From Pseudomonadota bacterium (GTDB lineage: Bacteria > Bdellovibrionota_C > UBA2361 > OMII01), in the NCBI GenBank assembly GCA_038134595.1, contig JAYPVM010000004.1, positions 133,573 through 197,572 of the forward strand: a stretch of DNA of 64,000 nt. Reading direction: 5' to 3'. The notes beneath the pieces were generated by a model. The model did not search any database. It saw only the letters and a list, made by a program, of their open reading frames with translations, and was not told where the DNA came from. Position numbers and translations under genes: made by a program. Below, in pieces: positions 46,899 to 56,661 of the stretch. Numbering within the stretch: position 1 is the stretch's first letter; each line of letters opens with the position of its first letter.

Positions 46899-48707
46899 AT
46901 GGGGAATAGGACTAACAGACCCTTTCCTTATCGAACATTGGCAATGGGAGCCGTGGTATATGTCGGCATTCAGGCCTGTTTTGTTGGAATAGCGGGGGTC
47001 TTCGGCAGTTCAGAGGCGCGGGAACTTCAGGTTGTAGATATTATCCTACGAACCAACGAGTGGATCTTACCTCTTCGCAACGGATTGATACCGTCAAAGC
47101 CTCCGCTCTATCACTGGTTGGTATCGTTGATGAGCCTCCCATTTGGACGAGTAGACACCTGGGCGGGGAGAATAACCTCTCATGGAGCAGCATCAATTAC
47201 CTTGCTGTGTGTGGCATACATTGCCTATCGATTATCTATTTTACTTCGGACATATCAGAGTGATTTTCACGGAGAGCGGACTGCCATAATTGCTGCAGGG
47301 AGTTTGAGTCTAACCTATGGATTTTTTCAGATGGGCGCTCAAGCAATGGTAGATATGACATTTTGCATGTGTGTCTGGCTTGCGTTAATGGCACTGGTTT
47401 GTGGCATTCGAGATGAGAGTAGTAAAGCTTTTCCCCGAATTTCGAGCTCTGGAAGAACTTTCTTTTGGTTCTTTAGTTTCTTGGGTGTTTTAGCGCGTGG
47501 TCCCCTTGGATTTATTCTGCCGTGTTGTATTGCGTTTGTAGGCGGCATTGTAGCAGTTGGATTTAAGAAAACTCTTCGAGAGTTTGTTCGCCCCAGTATT
47601 GGATGGGTGTTCTTAGGCCTGCCCGTTTGTTGGTATTATGCGGCTTTTCAGGTCGGAGGGCAGTCGTTTTTAGACAGGCAGTTGTTGTTTAAAAATATAC
47701 AACGATTTGCGGGTGGTCAGCATGTTAATTCTGAGGCTTGGTGGTTTTATATTCCTTCTTTATTGCGCACCTCATTTCCATGGGGATTGTTGGTAGTAGT
47801 ATTGGCTATTGTTGATCTTTTCTCAAAGAGAAAAGTTGCTTATGAGTCTCACAGTCGCACGTTGCCTTGGGTTTCTTCGATAATCGCCGGGGTAGTTGTA
47901 GTGTTAATGTCATTTTCATCGGGCAAAAGACATTCCTATATGTTGCCTGTACTGCCCCTCATAGCTGTTCAATTTGCAGTGCAATTTTCAACTTTGCTTG
48001 ATGCTGGAGGAGCGACGTTTCGAGCGAAGTGTGACGTGTTGTTAAGAAGATTGGAGAGAACCTTGGAGGGGCTTTTAGTGGTTCTTTTAGTTTTAGGATT
48101 TGTGGCGATAGCGGACGTCTCTGTGCCATATCCGAAACTTGGAGAAGCCCTCGGAGCGATGAAGACGTACGGTAGTCGAGGTGTTCCCATCATCATGTTG
48201 ATACTTGGTGGGACGTTCATGTGTCGTCGCATAGACTTAACTGCGCGTGGAAAGCTTGTATGGTTGCGAGCTCTTATTGTGCTTACACTGGCGACATCAG
48301 CAGGCACCGCAGTGAAAGCGCATTTTAAGGGTTTTTGGGAGATGAGTCAGGTGTGGAAATCGACTGCTGTCGCAGATGAGGACTTTGTCGTAGTTAAGGA
48401 GCCATACGACGAATATTATGATCCAATTCTGTTTTATATGGGTCGCGAGGTAGCTCTCATTCAATCTCCGGAAGATCCTCGTTTTTGTATGAATGGAACC
48501 GTATATTTGGCCCGACGCAGATGGCTTGAGTTAAATCAAGTTATGATTCACGGCTCAGTTATTGAAGTAACGAGACTTCGAGAGCGGCTAGCATCTCTGA
48601 GAAACGATACTACAAGGGAGCTTGTAGTGTTTCGGTGTCGACCGAGTGCGCATGCGTCTGAGGCACTTCAAACGGCGGCTGTTCTAGCCAAGAATGAGCT
48701 TCTCTAA
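46899..48707 (+). CDS. ArnT/PMT-family integral membrane glycosyltransferase
   Basis: SSEARE, SKPPLYHW, AMVDM, LARGPLG, RFAGGQH, FPWG, SGKRHSYMLP. Confidence 0.88.
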   Translation: MGNRTNRPFPYRTLAMGAVVYVGIQACFVGIAGVFGSSEARELQVVDIILRTNEWILPLRNGLIPSKPPLYHWLVSLMSLPFGRVDTWAGRITSHGAASITLLCVAYIAYRLSILLRTYQSDFHGERTAIIAAGSLSLTYGFFQMGAQAMVDMTFCMCVWLALMALVCGIRDESSKAFPRISSSGRTFFWFFSFLGVLARGPLGFILPCCIAFVGGIVAVGFKKTLREFVRPSIGWVFLGLPVCWYYAAFQVGGQSFLDRQLLFKNIQRFAGGQHVNSEAWWFYIPSLLRTSFPWGLLVVVLAIVDLFSKRKVAYESHSRTLPWVSSIIAGVVVVLMSFSSGKRHSYMLPVLPLIAVQFAVQFSTLLDAGGATFRAKCDVLLRRLERTLEGLLVVLLVLGFVAIADVSVPYPKLGEALGAMKTYGSRGVPIIMLILGGTFMCRRIDLTARGKLVWLRALIVLTLATSAGTAVKAHFKGFWEMSQVWKSTAVADEDFVVVKEPYDEYYDPILFYMGREVALIQSPEDPRFCMNGTVYLARRRWLELNQVMIHGSVIEVTRLRERLASLRNDTTRELVVFRCRPSAHASEALQTAAVLAKNELL

Positions 48708-49733
48708 TGCATGAATATCCTGTTTCCATCCGATAGCGATGAGAGTGGAGCCGGAGAACAGTTTGGTGTTACCCGAAGGGTTTATTTCAAGCTCTCCTTG
48801 GGGTGAGATGACGGCAGATATTCCTACTTTGGCAGTTTGCCGAAGCGAAAGGTCCTTGAGTGTTTTGCCGCATACCTGTGAATTTTCAGGTATGCGGATC
48901 TCTTCCATTTTCCATCCGTCGCGACCTGTCCCGGCTGTTTCGAAAAAATCGGTAACGTTCGGTCGTAAAAGACCATCTGCAAGTCTTCTAGCGGCCAGGC
49001 TATAGGTAGAAACTAGACGGTTAACACCAGCACGCCGCAAGCGTTTTTCTCCAACATCATCTTCTGCCCGGCTTACTATGAACATGGATGGGGATATTTC
49101 TCGTGCAGTTAAAATCACATATAGGTTGTCAGAATCTCTCGGGAGAAGTGTGATGAGTCGACTTGCGCGATCAATTCCAGCAGTGAGCAGTGTGTCGTCA
49201 AGTGTTGCATCTCCTCGCACAACCGTGAACCCCATGCTCTCAGCATCAAGCGCTCTAGATTCATCAGGTTCAATGATTACAACCTGATTGCCAGCTCGAC
49301 GGAGCTCTTCGGCGGCGAATTTCCCCAATCTGCTGAAACCACAAAATATCGTATGTTTTCTTATGTTGCGAAGTTTCTCTTGCACTTTACGTCTCCTATC
49401 AAAAAGGCGAGTCAATTGACCCTCCACGACACTCTGCCATACGCTGCCTAGTACTACTGTGCCGACACCAACCCCGGCAAATATTAAGACGATGGTAAAA
49501 GCGCGTCCCCAAACACTTAAATCATGTATTTCACCGTAGCCGATGGTGGCTAAAGTGATTACGGTCATGTAAAAGGCGTCAAACGGAGTCCAGCCCTCAA
49601 TAAGCACGTAGCCAGTGGTGCCAAATCCGAAAATTAGAGCAAGAACAAGCAGATAGAGGGCAATCTTCTGTCGATTGTGTGATGATTGCGCTCCTCCGGA
49701 GTGTAGAGATGGAATGTGTCTAAAATGATTCAT
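48684..49733 (-). CDS. Two-TM potassium channel with RCK (TrkA-N/TrkA-C) domains
   Basis: Selectivity filter TLATIGYGE; CGFSRLG Rossmann motif, GDAT, DSDN; C-terminal TrkA-C. Confidence 0.93.
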   Translation of the reverse strand: MNHFRHIPSLHSGGAQSSHNRQKIALYLLVLALIFGFGTTGYVLIEGWTPFDAFYMTVITLATIGYGEIHDLSVWGRAFTIVLIFAGVGVGTVVLGSVWQSVVEGQLTRLFDRRRKVQEKLRNIRKHTIFCGFSRLGKFAAEELRRAGNQVVIIEPDESRALDAESMGFTVVRGDATLDDTLLTAGIDRASRLITLLPRDSDNLYVILTAREISPSMFIVSRAEDDVGEKRLRRAGVNRLVSTYSLAARRLADGLLRPNVTDFFETAGTGRDGWKMEEIRIPENSQVCGKTLKDLSLRQTAKVGISAVISPQGELEINPSGNTKLFSGSTLIAIGWKQDIHALEKLILG

Positions 49734-49951
49734 GACTCTTGTGAGTGTAATCTGTCGGTGACTATCAGAAAAGATACCTCGTTAGGGGAAAATCGATTGA
49801 TTGCGACAGGGTAGTTCTGTAACGCAAGTTTTCCGGTGGGAGAGCCGGTCGCTCCTACCTCGTCTTGATAGGGATAGGCTATAGTGTCTAAATTACCAAA
49901 GGTTTCATTGGGTTATTTTGTTTATCTCGAGAAGCTGGTATACCACTTTTC

Positions 49952-51196
49952 ATGGACACAATAAATTCTATTACTATTTTGGGATCGTCATCAGGGCGCA
50001 ATGCAGGAGATGCTGCGCTACTGTCAGGTATTATGGATTGTATTGATCGTGCGTGTGGAAAACGCATGTTATACGAGATACCGACCTACTGCCCGCCGTA
50101 TATCTGGCATAACTATCAGAATAAAACACGCCCAATTAGTATGCTGCCGTGGCATGGAACTGTTGGGATGCTGGGCCTCCCAACGTTTAACTCCATCAGG
50201 CGGAGCCATCTGACTATCATATATGATGCTATGTTGTTTGATAGAAAGCTTTGGAACCCGCTGACTAATTATATGTCTAGTGCATGGGCATATCTTAAGT
50301 TTTTGAAGCGGCGGGGCTCTTTGGTGGGATTCTACAACGTAGGTGCTGGTCCTGTTACGACTCCGTGGGGTAAGAAAATGTTACGAGAGCTAGCCGAGCT
50401 AGCTGACTTTATCACGGTTCGTGAGGTTGATTCTCTCAACTTATTAGCTGATATGGGGATTAACGAAGAAAAGATGTTAGTGACCGCTGATAATGCCATT
50501 CCGGTGGTTGCTTCACCTGAGGAGAAGATTAGAGCGATATTTTCAGAATTACAGATGCCTTTTGGTGAAGATATTCTGGCGATTAATATCAATAGCTATC
50601 TTAATTCATGGACTGGCTTAGGACAGGATGCGCTCACTTCGGAGGAGTTTATCCGAGTGTACTCCGCTGCTCTTAACGAGTTTTTACAAGAAACTCCATT
50701 GCCAGTGCTTTTTGTTGCTACGCAGCATTCCGATGTTCCGATAACAACAAAATTAATGGAAGCCGTGCATGCGCCAAGGGGTAAGGCTGTATTTTCTAAT
50801 ATTGGGTACAATCATCATGATGTAAAGGGTGTGTTGGAACACGTGTCGATGTTGTTCGGTATGCGGTTACACGCTAATATCCTAGCTACTTCAGCGTTAA
50901 CTCCCGCGGTGGCATTGGTTTTTCAGCAAAAAGTTAAAAGTTACTACGATCTCCTAGGGCTTTCTAAAAATGTGATGTCTTTTGCAGATTTTTCGAAAGA
51001 CTCATTGGTTGCAATGTTGCGCTACGGCTGGGAAAATCGCGTTGCTGTCAAAGATACACTCAGACAGATTATTCCTATTTTGAGCGACGAAACTGCCAAA
51101 TCAGCAGAGATAGTAGCGGCCATAAACAGGGGCGAGGATATCTTAGGGACGATTCAGCGATTGAAGAATATGGGACAGTACGCTCTGAGTGCGTAA
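49952..51196 (+). CDS. Polysaccharide pyruvyl transferase family protein
   Basis: NAGDAALL, GAGP, FITVREVDS, TADNA, GMRLHANI. Confidence 0.88.
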   Translation: MDTINSITILGSSSGRNAGDAALLSGIMDCIDRACGKRMLYEIPTYCPPYIWHNYQNKTRPISMLPWHGTVGMLGLPTFNSIRRSHLTIIYDAMLFDRKLWNPLTNYMSSAWAYLKFLKRRGSLVGFYNVGAGPVTTPWGKKMLRELAELADFITVREVDSLNLLADMGINEEKMLVTADNAIPVVASPEEKIRAIFSELQMPFGEDILAININSYLNSWTGLGQDALTSEEFIRVYSAALNEFLQETPLPVLFVATQHSDVPITTKLMEAVHAPRGKAVFSNIGYNHHDVKGVLEHVSMLFGMRLHANILATSALTPAVALVFQQKVKSYYDLLGLSKNVMSFADFSKDSLVAMLRYGWENRVAVKDTLRQIIPILSDETAKSAEIVAAINRGEDILGTIQRLKNMGQYALSA

Positions 51197-51261
51197 AGTA
51201 CTTATCGGGTTTGTATGACACCAACCGCTGGATAGCCCTCTATAGAGCCATTTCTGGGGCT

Positions 51262-51315
51262 CATTGACGCAGTCTTGAACATTGACGCAGTATTGAACAT
51301 TGACGCAGTATTCAA
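51262..51315. repeat. 18-bp tandem repeat x3 between convergent genes
   Basis: cattgacgcagtcttgaa cattgacgcagtattgaa cattgacgcagtattcaa. Confidence 0.9.
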
Positions 51316-51322
51316 CAGATGT

Positions 51323-52765
51323 TTAATCCTGACCAAACAAGAGTTGCTGACGTCTTTTTGTTATTTGGACGGGCGTGCCTGCTGGATATGATCCTGTAAA
51401 GCAGGCGTCACAAAACGAACCGGGCGTACTCTCTACTGCTCGATAGAGCCCCTCTAACGAAAGGTATGCAAGTGAGTCTACTCCGATGTATCGAGCGATT
51501 TCTTCCACCGAGTGTTGTGCTGCTATGAGTTCGCCTTTTTCGGGAGTGTCAATTCCATAGTAGCACGGGTCTTTTGTGGGTGGGGAGGAGATTCGCATGT
51601 GAATCTTAGAAGCTCCTGCCTGTCGTAACATTCCAACGAGTTTTTTACTCGTGGTCCCTCGAACTATCGAGTCATCAACGACGACAATAGATTTTCCCTT
51701 GAGGATTTTTGGGTTTGCATTAAGCTTGATTTTCACACCAAAGTCCCGGATTGACTGCTTTGGCTCGATGAATGTTCTGCCTACGTAGTGATTTCTAACA
51801 AGGCCCATTTCGTACGGAATACCGGATTGTTCTGAATAGCCAATTGATGCCGGAACGCCTGAATCTGGGACTGCAATCACTAGGTCTGCGTCGATAACTG
51901 TCTCTTTAGCGAGCTCAGCACCCATGTTTTTACGGAGTCGATACACATTTTTTCCGAACACATCCGAGTCTGGTCGAGCGAAATAGACGTACTCAAAAAT
52001 ACATGGCGCATGCTTATTGATACCGAATGGAAAGAAGCTGTTTGTAGTTCCATCGGGCAGAATTTCCAACACTTCTCCTGGCTCGATCTCTCTTTGATAC
52101 TGTGCTCCAATCAGGTCAAAGGCACAGGTCTCGGAAGCGATCGTTAAGCCTTGTCCTCCAATGAGTTCACCAAGAGCTAGCGGGCGTAACCCATGTCTAT
52201 CTCGCGCCACGATGAGCCTGTCTTCAAAGAGAATAAGAAGTGAAAAGGCCCCTTCAAGCTGTTGAAGTGAGGCGATTACATTTTCGACCTTAGGAATCGT
52301 TGTGTCGCCGCGAGCGAGCAGGTGGAGTATTATTTCGGTGTCAGATGTGGATGCGAAGATAGAACCGTTACCTATCAGTTTCTTTCTGAGTTGATCGGCG
52401 TTGGTAAGATTCCCATTGTGAGCAACCCCAACATAGCCCAAAGATACGTCAGCAATGAAGGGCTGTACGTTACTCAGCTTGTTCCCTCCTGCAGTGGTGT
52501 AGCGAACGTGTCCGATCGCCACCTCTCCCGGAAGCCGATTGAAGTCGAAGTTGTTGAAAACGTCGGCAACGAGTCCAGCTCCCTTATGAACGTGAAGATG
52601 GGGATCTTCTTTCCCATTTCGTTTGAGAGAAACGACTCCTGCGCCTTCTTGTCCCCGGTGTTGTTGCGCATACAAGCCTAAGTAGGTCAGGTTCGCGGCC
52701 TCTGGATGGTTCCAAACCGCCATGAGCCCGCACTCATCATGAAATTTATCGAGATTGAATCTCAT
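51323..52765 (-). CDS. purF: Amidophosphoribosyltransferase (propeptide, Fe-S type)
   Basis: DECG nucleophile after an 11-aa propeptide, QHRGQE, GHVRY, HNGN, VDDSIVRGTT, PCYYGID, FCDACF. Confidence 0.98.
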   Translation of the reverse strand: MRFNLDKFHDECGLMAVWNHPEAANLTYLGLYAQQHRGQEGAGVVSLKRNGKEDPHLHVHKGAGLVADVFNNFDFNRLPGEVAIGHVRYTTAGGNKLSNVQPFIADVSLGYVGVAHNGNLTNADQLRKKLIGNGSIFASTSDTEIILHLLARGDTTIPKVENVIASLQQLEGAFSLLILFEDRLIVARDRHGLRPLALGELIGGQGLTIASETCAFDLIGAQYQREIEPGEVLEILPDGTTNSFFPFGINKHAPCIFEYVYFARPDSDVFGKNVYRLRKNMGAELAKETVIDADLVIAVPDSGVPASIGYSEQSGIPYEMGLVRNHYVGRTFIEPKQSIRDFGVKIKLNANPKILKGKSIVVVDDSIVRGTTSKKLVGMLRQAGASKIHMRISSPPTKDPCYYGIDTPEKGELIAAQHSVEEIARYIGVDSLAYLSLEGLYRAVESTPGSFCDACFTGSYPAGTPVQITKRRQQLLFGQD

Positions 52766-53458
52766 ACGTTAGCTCGAATACCTCCGAAAAATTAAAGAGT
52801 AAAATAAATAATGAATAACATTTCTTCCTCTAAAAATATCGCATCCCCTAGGAAGCGGTACCAGCTAAACCATTTTTGGTCGCAATGCTTTTAAACGCCG
52901 TTCGGAGGGGTGTTCTTCTACTAAAAACATCGTTCGTAGATAATCCGATTACGACTGCCGACCTCATTGGTATCACATAATAGAGCCTAAGTCTTCAGTT
53001 GAATCAGTAGTTTTATGTGCTTGAAGGATGTGGAGTTCGTGAAGAATCTTCACTAGTTGGAAAGCTTATTGTTTAGGAGTCCTTGCTTTCTAGTCCAGGA
53101 GTATACCGTTTCGTGGTACGATCCACTAGATGCTGTAAGCAGAGTGGAAACGAAGTGTGCTTCGACAAATTAGTCATAAAGGATCACCATTTACCTTAAT
53201 TTTTTGCTCTACGAATTCTCCCTATAAAATACTGTGTTTGATATTAGTTCCGTTCCATTAAGCAAGTACGAAAAGAAGCCGTCAAAACCCTAGTAGCCAA
53301 AAATCAAATAGGGGGACTGTGGCATCTAACTTTAGAGGGGAGAACTATTTGGAGTAGGCCACTGTTGTGCTTGTGGTCTTTGTTCGGGGTCGGTTACGAT
53401 CTCAATTAAGTTCGGTCGGAGTAAGGGATACAAAAGAAACGAAGAGGAGAGAGCGTCC

Positions 53459-55387
53459 ATGTCAAAAGATTTTGAAAAGTTGATTCGCGAGGATAGAGAA
53501 ACTCGTAAGAAATCATCTTGGAAGGGAACGATGTTGGAATACCTCGAGCTCGTCCGGGAGAACCCGGGTCTCCACGTGTTGGCGCATAAGCGCCTGTACG
53601 ACATGATCAATGACCGAGGAATGGAAGAGGTGGATCTTGAACAGAATCCACGATTGAAGAGGATATTTAAAGGCGAAAAATTAAAAGTATTTAATTTCTT
53701 TGCCGACGAGTTTTTTGGAATGGAGAAGACCATTAACCAAATAGTTCGCTATTTCCATTCCGCATCGCTTAAAGGAGAGGAGAGTCGACAGGTGCTGTAT
53801 TTAGTAGGGCCAGTTGGTTCAGGAAAAAGCTCACTTGTGGACCGCTTAAAGAAAGGCCTTGAGTCACTGCCACCCCTCTATGCAATTGAGGGTTGCCCGA
53901 TGTTTGAGGAGCCACTGCATTTGGTGCCCCGACATTTACGGAAAGAATTCTCAAAGATGCTGGGAGTAGATATCGAGGGTGATTTGTGTCCTGTGTGCCG
54001 ATATCGACTCAAGGAGGACTTCCAAGGGAAGTGGGAAGATGTTCCGGTACATACATATGACCTTAGTATTCGTGCAAAAAGAGGGGTAGGTGTTGTTCCA
54101 CCGGTTGACCCGAACAATCAAGATACAAGTGTCTTAATAGGAGGTGAGGATATTTCGAAGCTGGATCTGTATTCAGAGGGAGATCCTCGAGTACTCGATT
54201 TGAGTGGAGCTTTAAACGTTGGTAATCGTGGTATGGTCGAGTTTATCGAGGTATTTAAGAACGAGACTGAATATCTCCATGCGATGATTACGGCGACTCA
54301 GGAGAAATCGATACCAGCGCCAGGAAGGCACGGCATGATCTATGTTGACACCTGCATCGTCGCACATTCCAATGAGGCCGAGTGGAAGAAGTTTAAGAGT
54401 GATCACACTAATGAGGCTATCCTCGATAGAATTGTCACGGTGAAAGTGCCGTACAATTTGCGATTGTCGGAGGAAGTTCGAATTTACAGAAAAATTATTC
54501 GGCAGTCTCAATTCACAGCAGACATAGCTCCACACACAATTGAGATGGCTTCGATGTTTGCTATCTTGTCGAGATTGGATCCTTCCAATAAGTGCGATCT
54601 TATGACGAAGTTGCGTTTGTATAACGGTGAAGAGGTTGTTGAGAAGGGCAAAACGAAGCGTATTGATGTGATCGAACTTCGGGAAGAGGCAAAAGGCGAG
54701 GGGATGACGGGTATATCTACTCGGTTCATAATGAAAGCCCTCGATAATGCACTATCTGACAACATAGAGCTAAATGCGATACACCCAATCTCAGTGCGGG
54801 AGGCCCTCGTACAGATGGTGAAGGAAGCAGACTTTCCAGATGATGTGAAGAAGCGCTACTTAGAGTTTTTGCAAGATACACTGCATAAAGAGTATCTTGA
54901 AGTGCTTGAGCGGGAGATCACGAAAGCATTTGTGTACTCGTATCAAGAGCAGGCGGAGTCTTTGTTCCAAAACTATCTTGACCATGCAGAAGCTTACGTT
55001 ACGAAAAAGAAATTTAAAGATCGGAGCACGGGAGAGGTTCTTGAACCCGACGAGGGATTTATGAAATCCGTTGAGGAGCAGATCGCTATTATCGGCACCG
55101 CATGCGATGGTTTTAGACAGGAGGTGATTGCATACCTCTGGTCAGCGGGTCGCCGAGGAGAGAAAATTAGCTACGAGAGTTATGAGCCCTTAAAAGAAGC
55201 TATCGAGAAGAAATTGATGGCAAGTGTTCGAGATGTGTCTCGGATTATAACGAAAGCGAGAACTAGAGACGATGAGCAGAGTCAAAAATACGGTCGAATG
55301 GTTGAGCAGTTGATTCGCAACGGATATCCAGCTAGTTGTGTGGATATAATATTAAAATATGCGGCAAACAATCTCTGGAAAGATTAG
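53459..55387 (+). CDS. prkA: PrkA/YeaG family AAA+ ATPase/serine kinase
   Basis: GPVGSGKS, CPMFEEPL, NRGMVEFIEVFK, AHSNEAEW, GISTRF; first gene of the yeaG-yeaH-ycgB cluster. Confidence 0.95.
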   Translation: MSKDFEKLIREDRETRKKSSWKGTMLEYLELVRENPGLHVLAHKRLYDMINDRGMEEVDLEQNPRLKRIFKGEKLKVFNFFADEFFGMEKTINQIVRYFHSASLKGEESRQVLYLVGPVGSGKSSLVDRLKKGLESLPPLYAIEGCPMFEEPLHLVPRHLRKEFSKMLGVDIEGDLCPVCRYRLKEDFQGKWEDVPVHTYDLSIRAKRGVGVVPPVDPNNQDTSVLIGGEDISKLDLYSEGDPRVLDLSGALNVGNRGMVEFIEVFKNETEYLHAMITATQEKSIPAPGRHGMIYVDTCIVAHSNEAEWKKFKSDHTNEAILDRIVTVKVPYNLRLSEEVRIYRKIIRQSQFTADIAPHTIEMASMFAILSRLDPSNKCDLMTKLRLYNGEEVVEKGKTKRIDVIELREEAKGEGMTGISTRFIMKALDNALSDNIELNAIHPISVREALVQMVKEADFPDDVKKRYLEFLQDTLHKEYLEVLEREITKAFVYSYQEQAESLFQNYLDHAEAYVTKKKFKDRSTGEVLEPDEGFMKSVEEQIAIIGTACDGFRQEVIAYLWSAGRRGEKISYESYEPLKEAIEKKLMASVRDVSRIITKARTRDDEQSQKYGRMVEQLIRNGYPASCVDIILKYAANNLWKD

Positions 55388-55434
55388 CCTGAGCGACTCC
55401 GCGACCGACAATCAAGGAGAGAAATAGAGGAGCG

Positions 55435-56655
55435 ATGAGTACAATCTTTCGACCATACACACCCTCGAGTCAAAGGTCAGATCGTAGTGCTCGAGATCGG
55501 ATGCGACACCGCCAAAAAATAAAAGATTCAATCAGAGATAATATCGGAGATATCTTAGCTGAGGAATCTATTATAGGGCGAGATAGAGATAAGATTATAA
55601 AGGTTCCGATCCGCTCGGTTAAAGAGTATAGATTTGTTTACGGAGAAAACTCGCCTGGTGTGGCACAGGGAAACGGAGAACAGAAACCGGGGGACGTCGT
55701 AGAGCCCGGAGACCCTGAAGGTAAGGGACAAGGGCCTGGCAACCAGGGTGGAGTTGATGCCTTCGAAACTGATATTACTCTAGAAGAGCTAATAGCAATT
55801 ATGTTCGATGACCTAGAGTTGCCAGAATTAGAAAAGAAAGCCTTAAAAGAAGTTGTTTCTGAGGACGCGCGGAAGCGAAAGGGGCATCGAAAAGCAGGTA
55901 TCCGTCCGCGGCTTGATAAAAAAGCGACGGCGCGCAACCGTGTGCGGCGGAAATTATCGGTATCCCGAAGTCGTGAACAAGAAGAAGAGGAGCGGTTCCC
56001 ATTTCATCAAGATGATATGAGTTATTTTCATATCGCACCTACCACGCGTGAATCCTCGAATGCTGTGATATTTTGTATCATGGACACATCTGGTTCCATG
56101 GGTACGGTTAAGAAGTACTTAGCTAGAAGTTTCTATTTTCTGCTGTATCAGTTTGTCCGCCAAAAATATGCGAACGTGGAGGTGGTTTTTATTGCGCACC
56201 ATACCGAGGCAAAGGAGGTATCCGAAAATGACTTTTTTCACAAAGTCGAATCCGGGGGTACCTACATATCCTCTGGGTATAAAAAGGCATTAGAGTTAAT
56301 CGAAGCTCGTTACCATCCCTCTCTTTGGAATGTATACGCCTTTCACTGTTCAGATGGAGATAACTTCTATTCTGATAATGAGCGAGCTTTGCAATCAGCA
56401 GAGGACCTTTGTAAGGTTTGCAACTTGTTTGGCTACGGAGAAATTAAACCCTCTGGGAGTGCCTATTACAGCGGCAGTATGCTGGAGGTCTTTAGTCAAA
56501 TTAAGGCAGAGAACTTTCACATGATTACCATCGAGAAGAAGGAAGATCTTTGGGAAGGCTTTCGAAGCTTTCTTATGAAAGATAAAGCGAGCGAAGTTTC
56601 TGCACACGGTAAAGTTTTTGGCCCCAGCGAAGGAGCTGCGGCGGCAACAGCGTAG
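55435..56655 (+). CDS. yeaH: YeaH/YhbH (DUF444) vWA-like protein
   Basis: MDTSGSM, FIAHHTEAKEV, ESGGTYISS, WNVYAFHCSDGDN. Confidence 0.94.
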   Translation: MSTIFRPYTPSSQRSDRSARDRMRHRQKIKDSIRDNIGDILAEESIIGRDRDKIIKVPIRSVKEYRFVYGENSPGVAQGNGEQKPGDVVEPGDPEGKGQGPGNQGGVDAFETDITLEELIAIMFDDLELPELEKKALKEVVSEDARKRKGHRKAGIRPRLDKKATARNRVRRKLSVSRSREQEEEERFPFHQDDMSYFHIAPTTRESSNAVIFCIMDTSGSMGTVKKYLARSFYFLLYQFVRQKYANVEVVFIAHHTEAKEVSENDFFHKVESGGTYISSGYKKALELIEARYHPSLWNVYAFHCSDGDNFYSDNERALQSAEDLCKVCNLFGYGEIKPSGSAYYSGSMLEVFSQIKAENFHMITIEKKEDLWEGFRSFLMKDKASEVSAHGKVFGPSEGAAAATA

Positions 56656-56661
56656 AGCATT

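Noticed and set aside
25660..51315. Short repeat arrays as CRISPR
   Set aside because: Units are 17-19 bp, directly adjacent, have no unique spacers, and no cas genes are present.
52766..53000. Purine/PRPP/ZTP riboswitch upstream of purF
   Set aside because: I could not identify the conserved aptamer motifs by eye; an Rfam scan would be needed to exclude it fully.
53320..53335. sigma54 promoter for prkA (TGGCA...)
   Set aside because: The -12 position reads TTTA, lacking the required GC.
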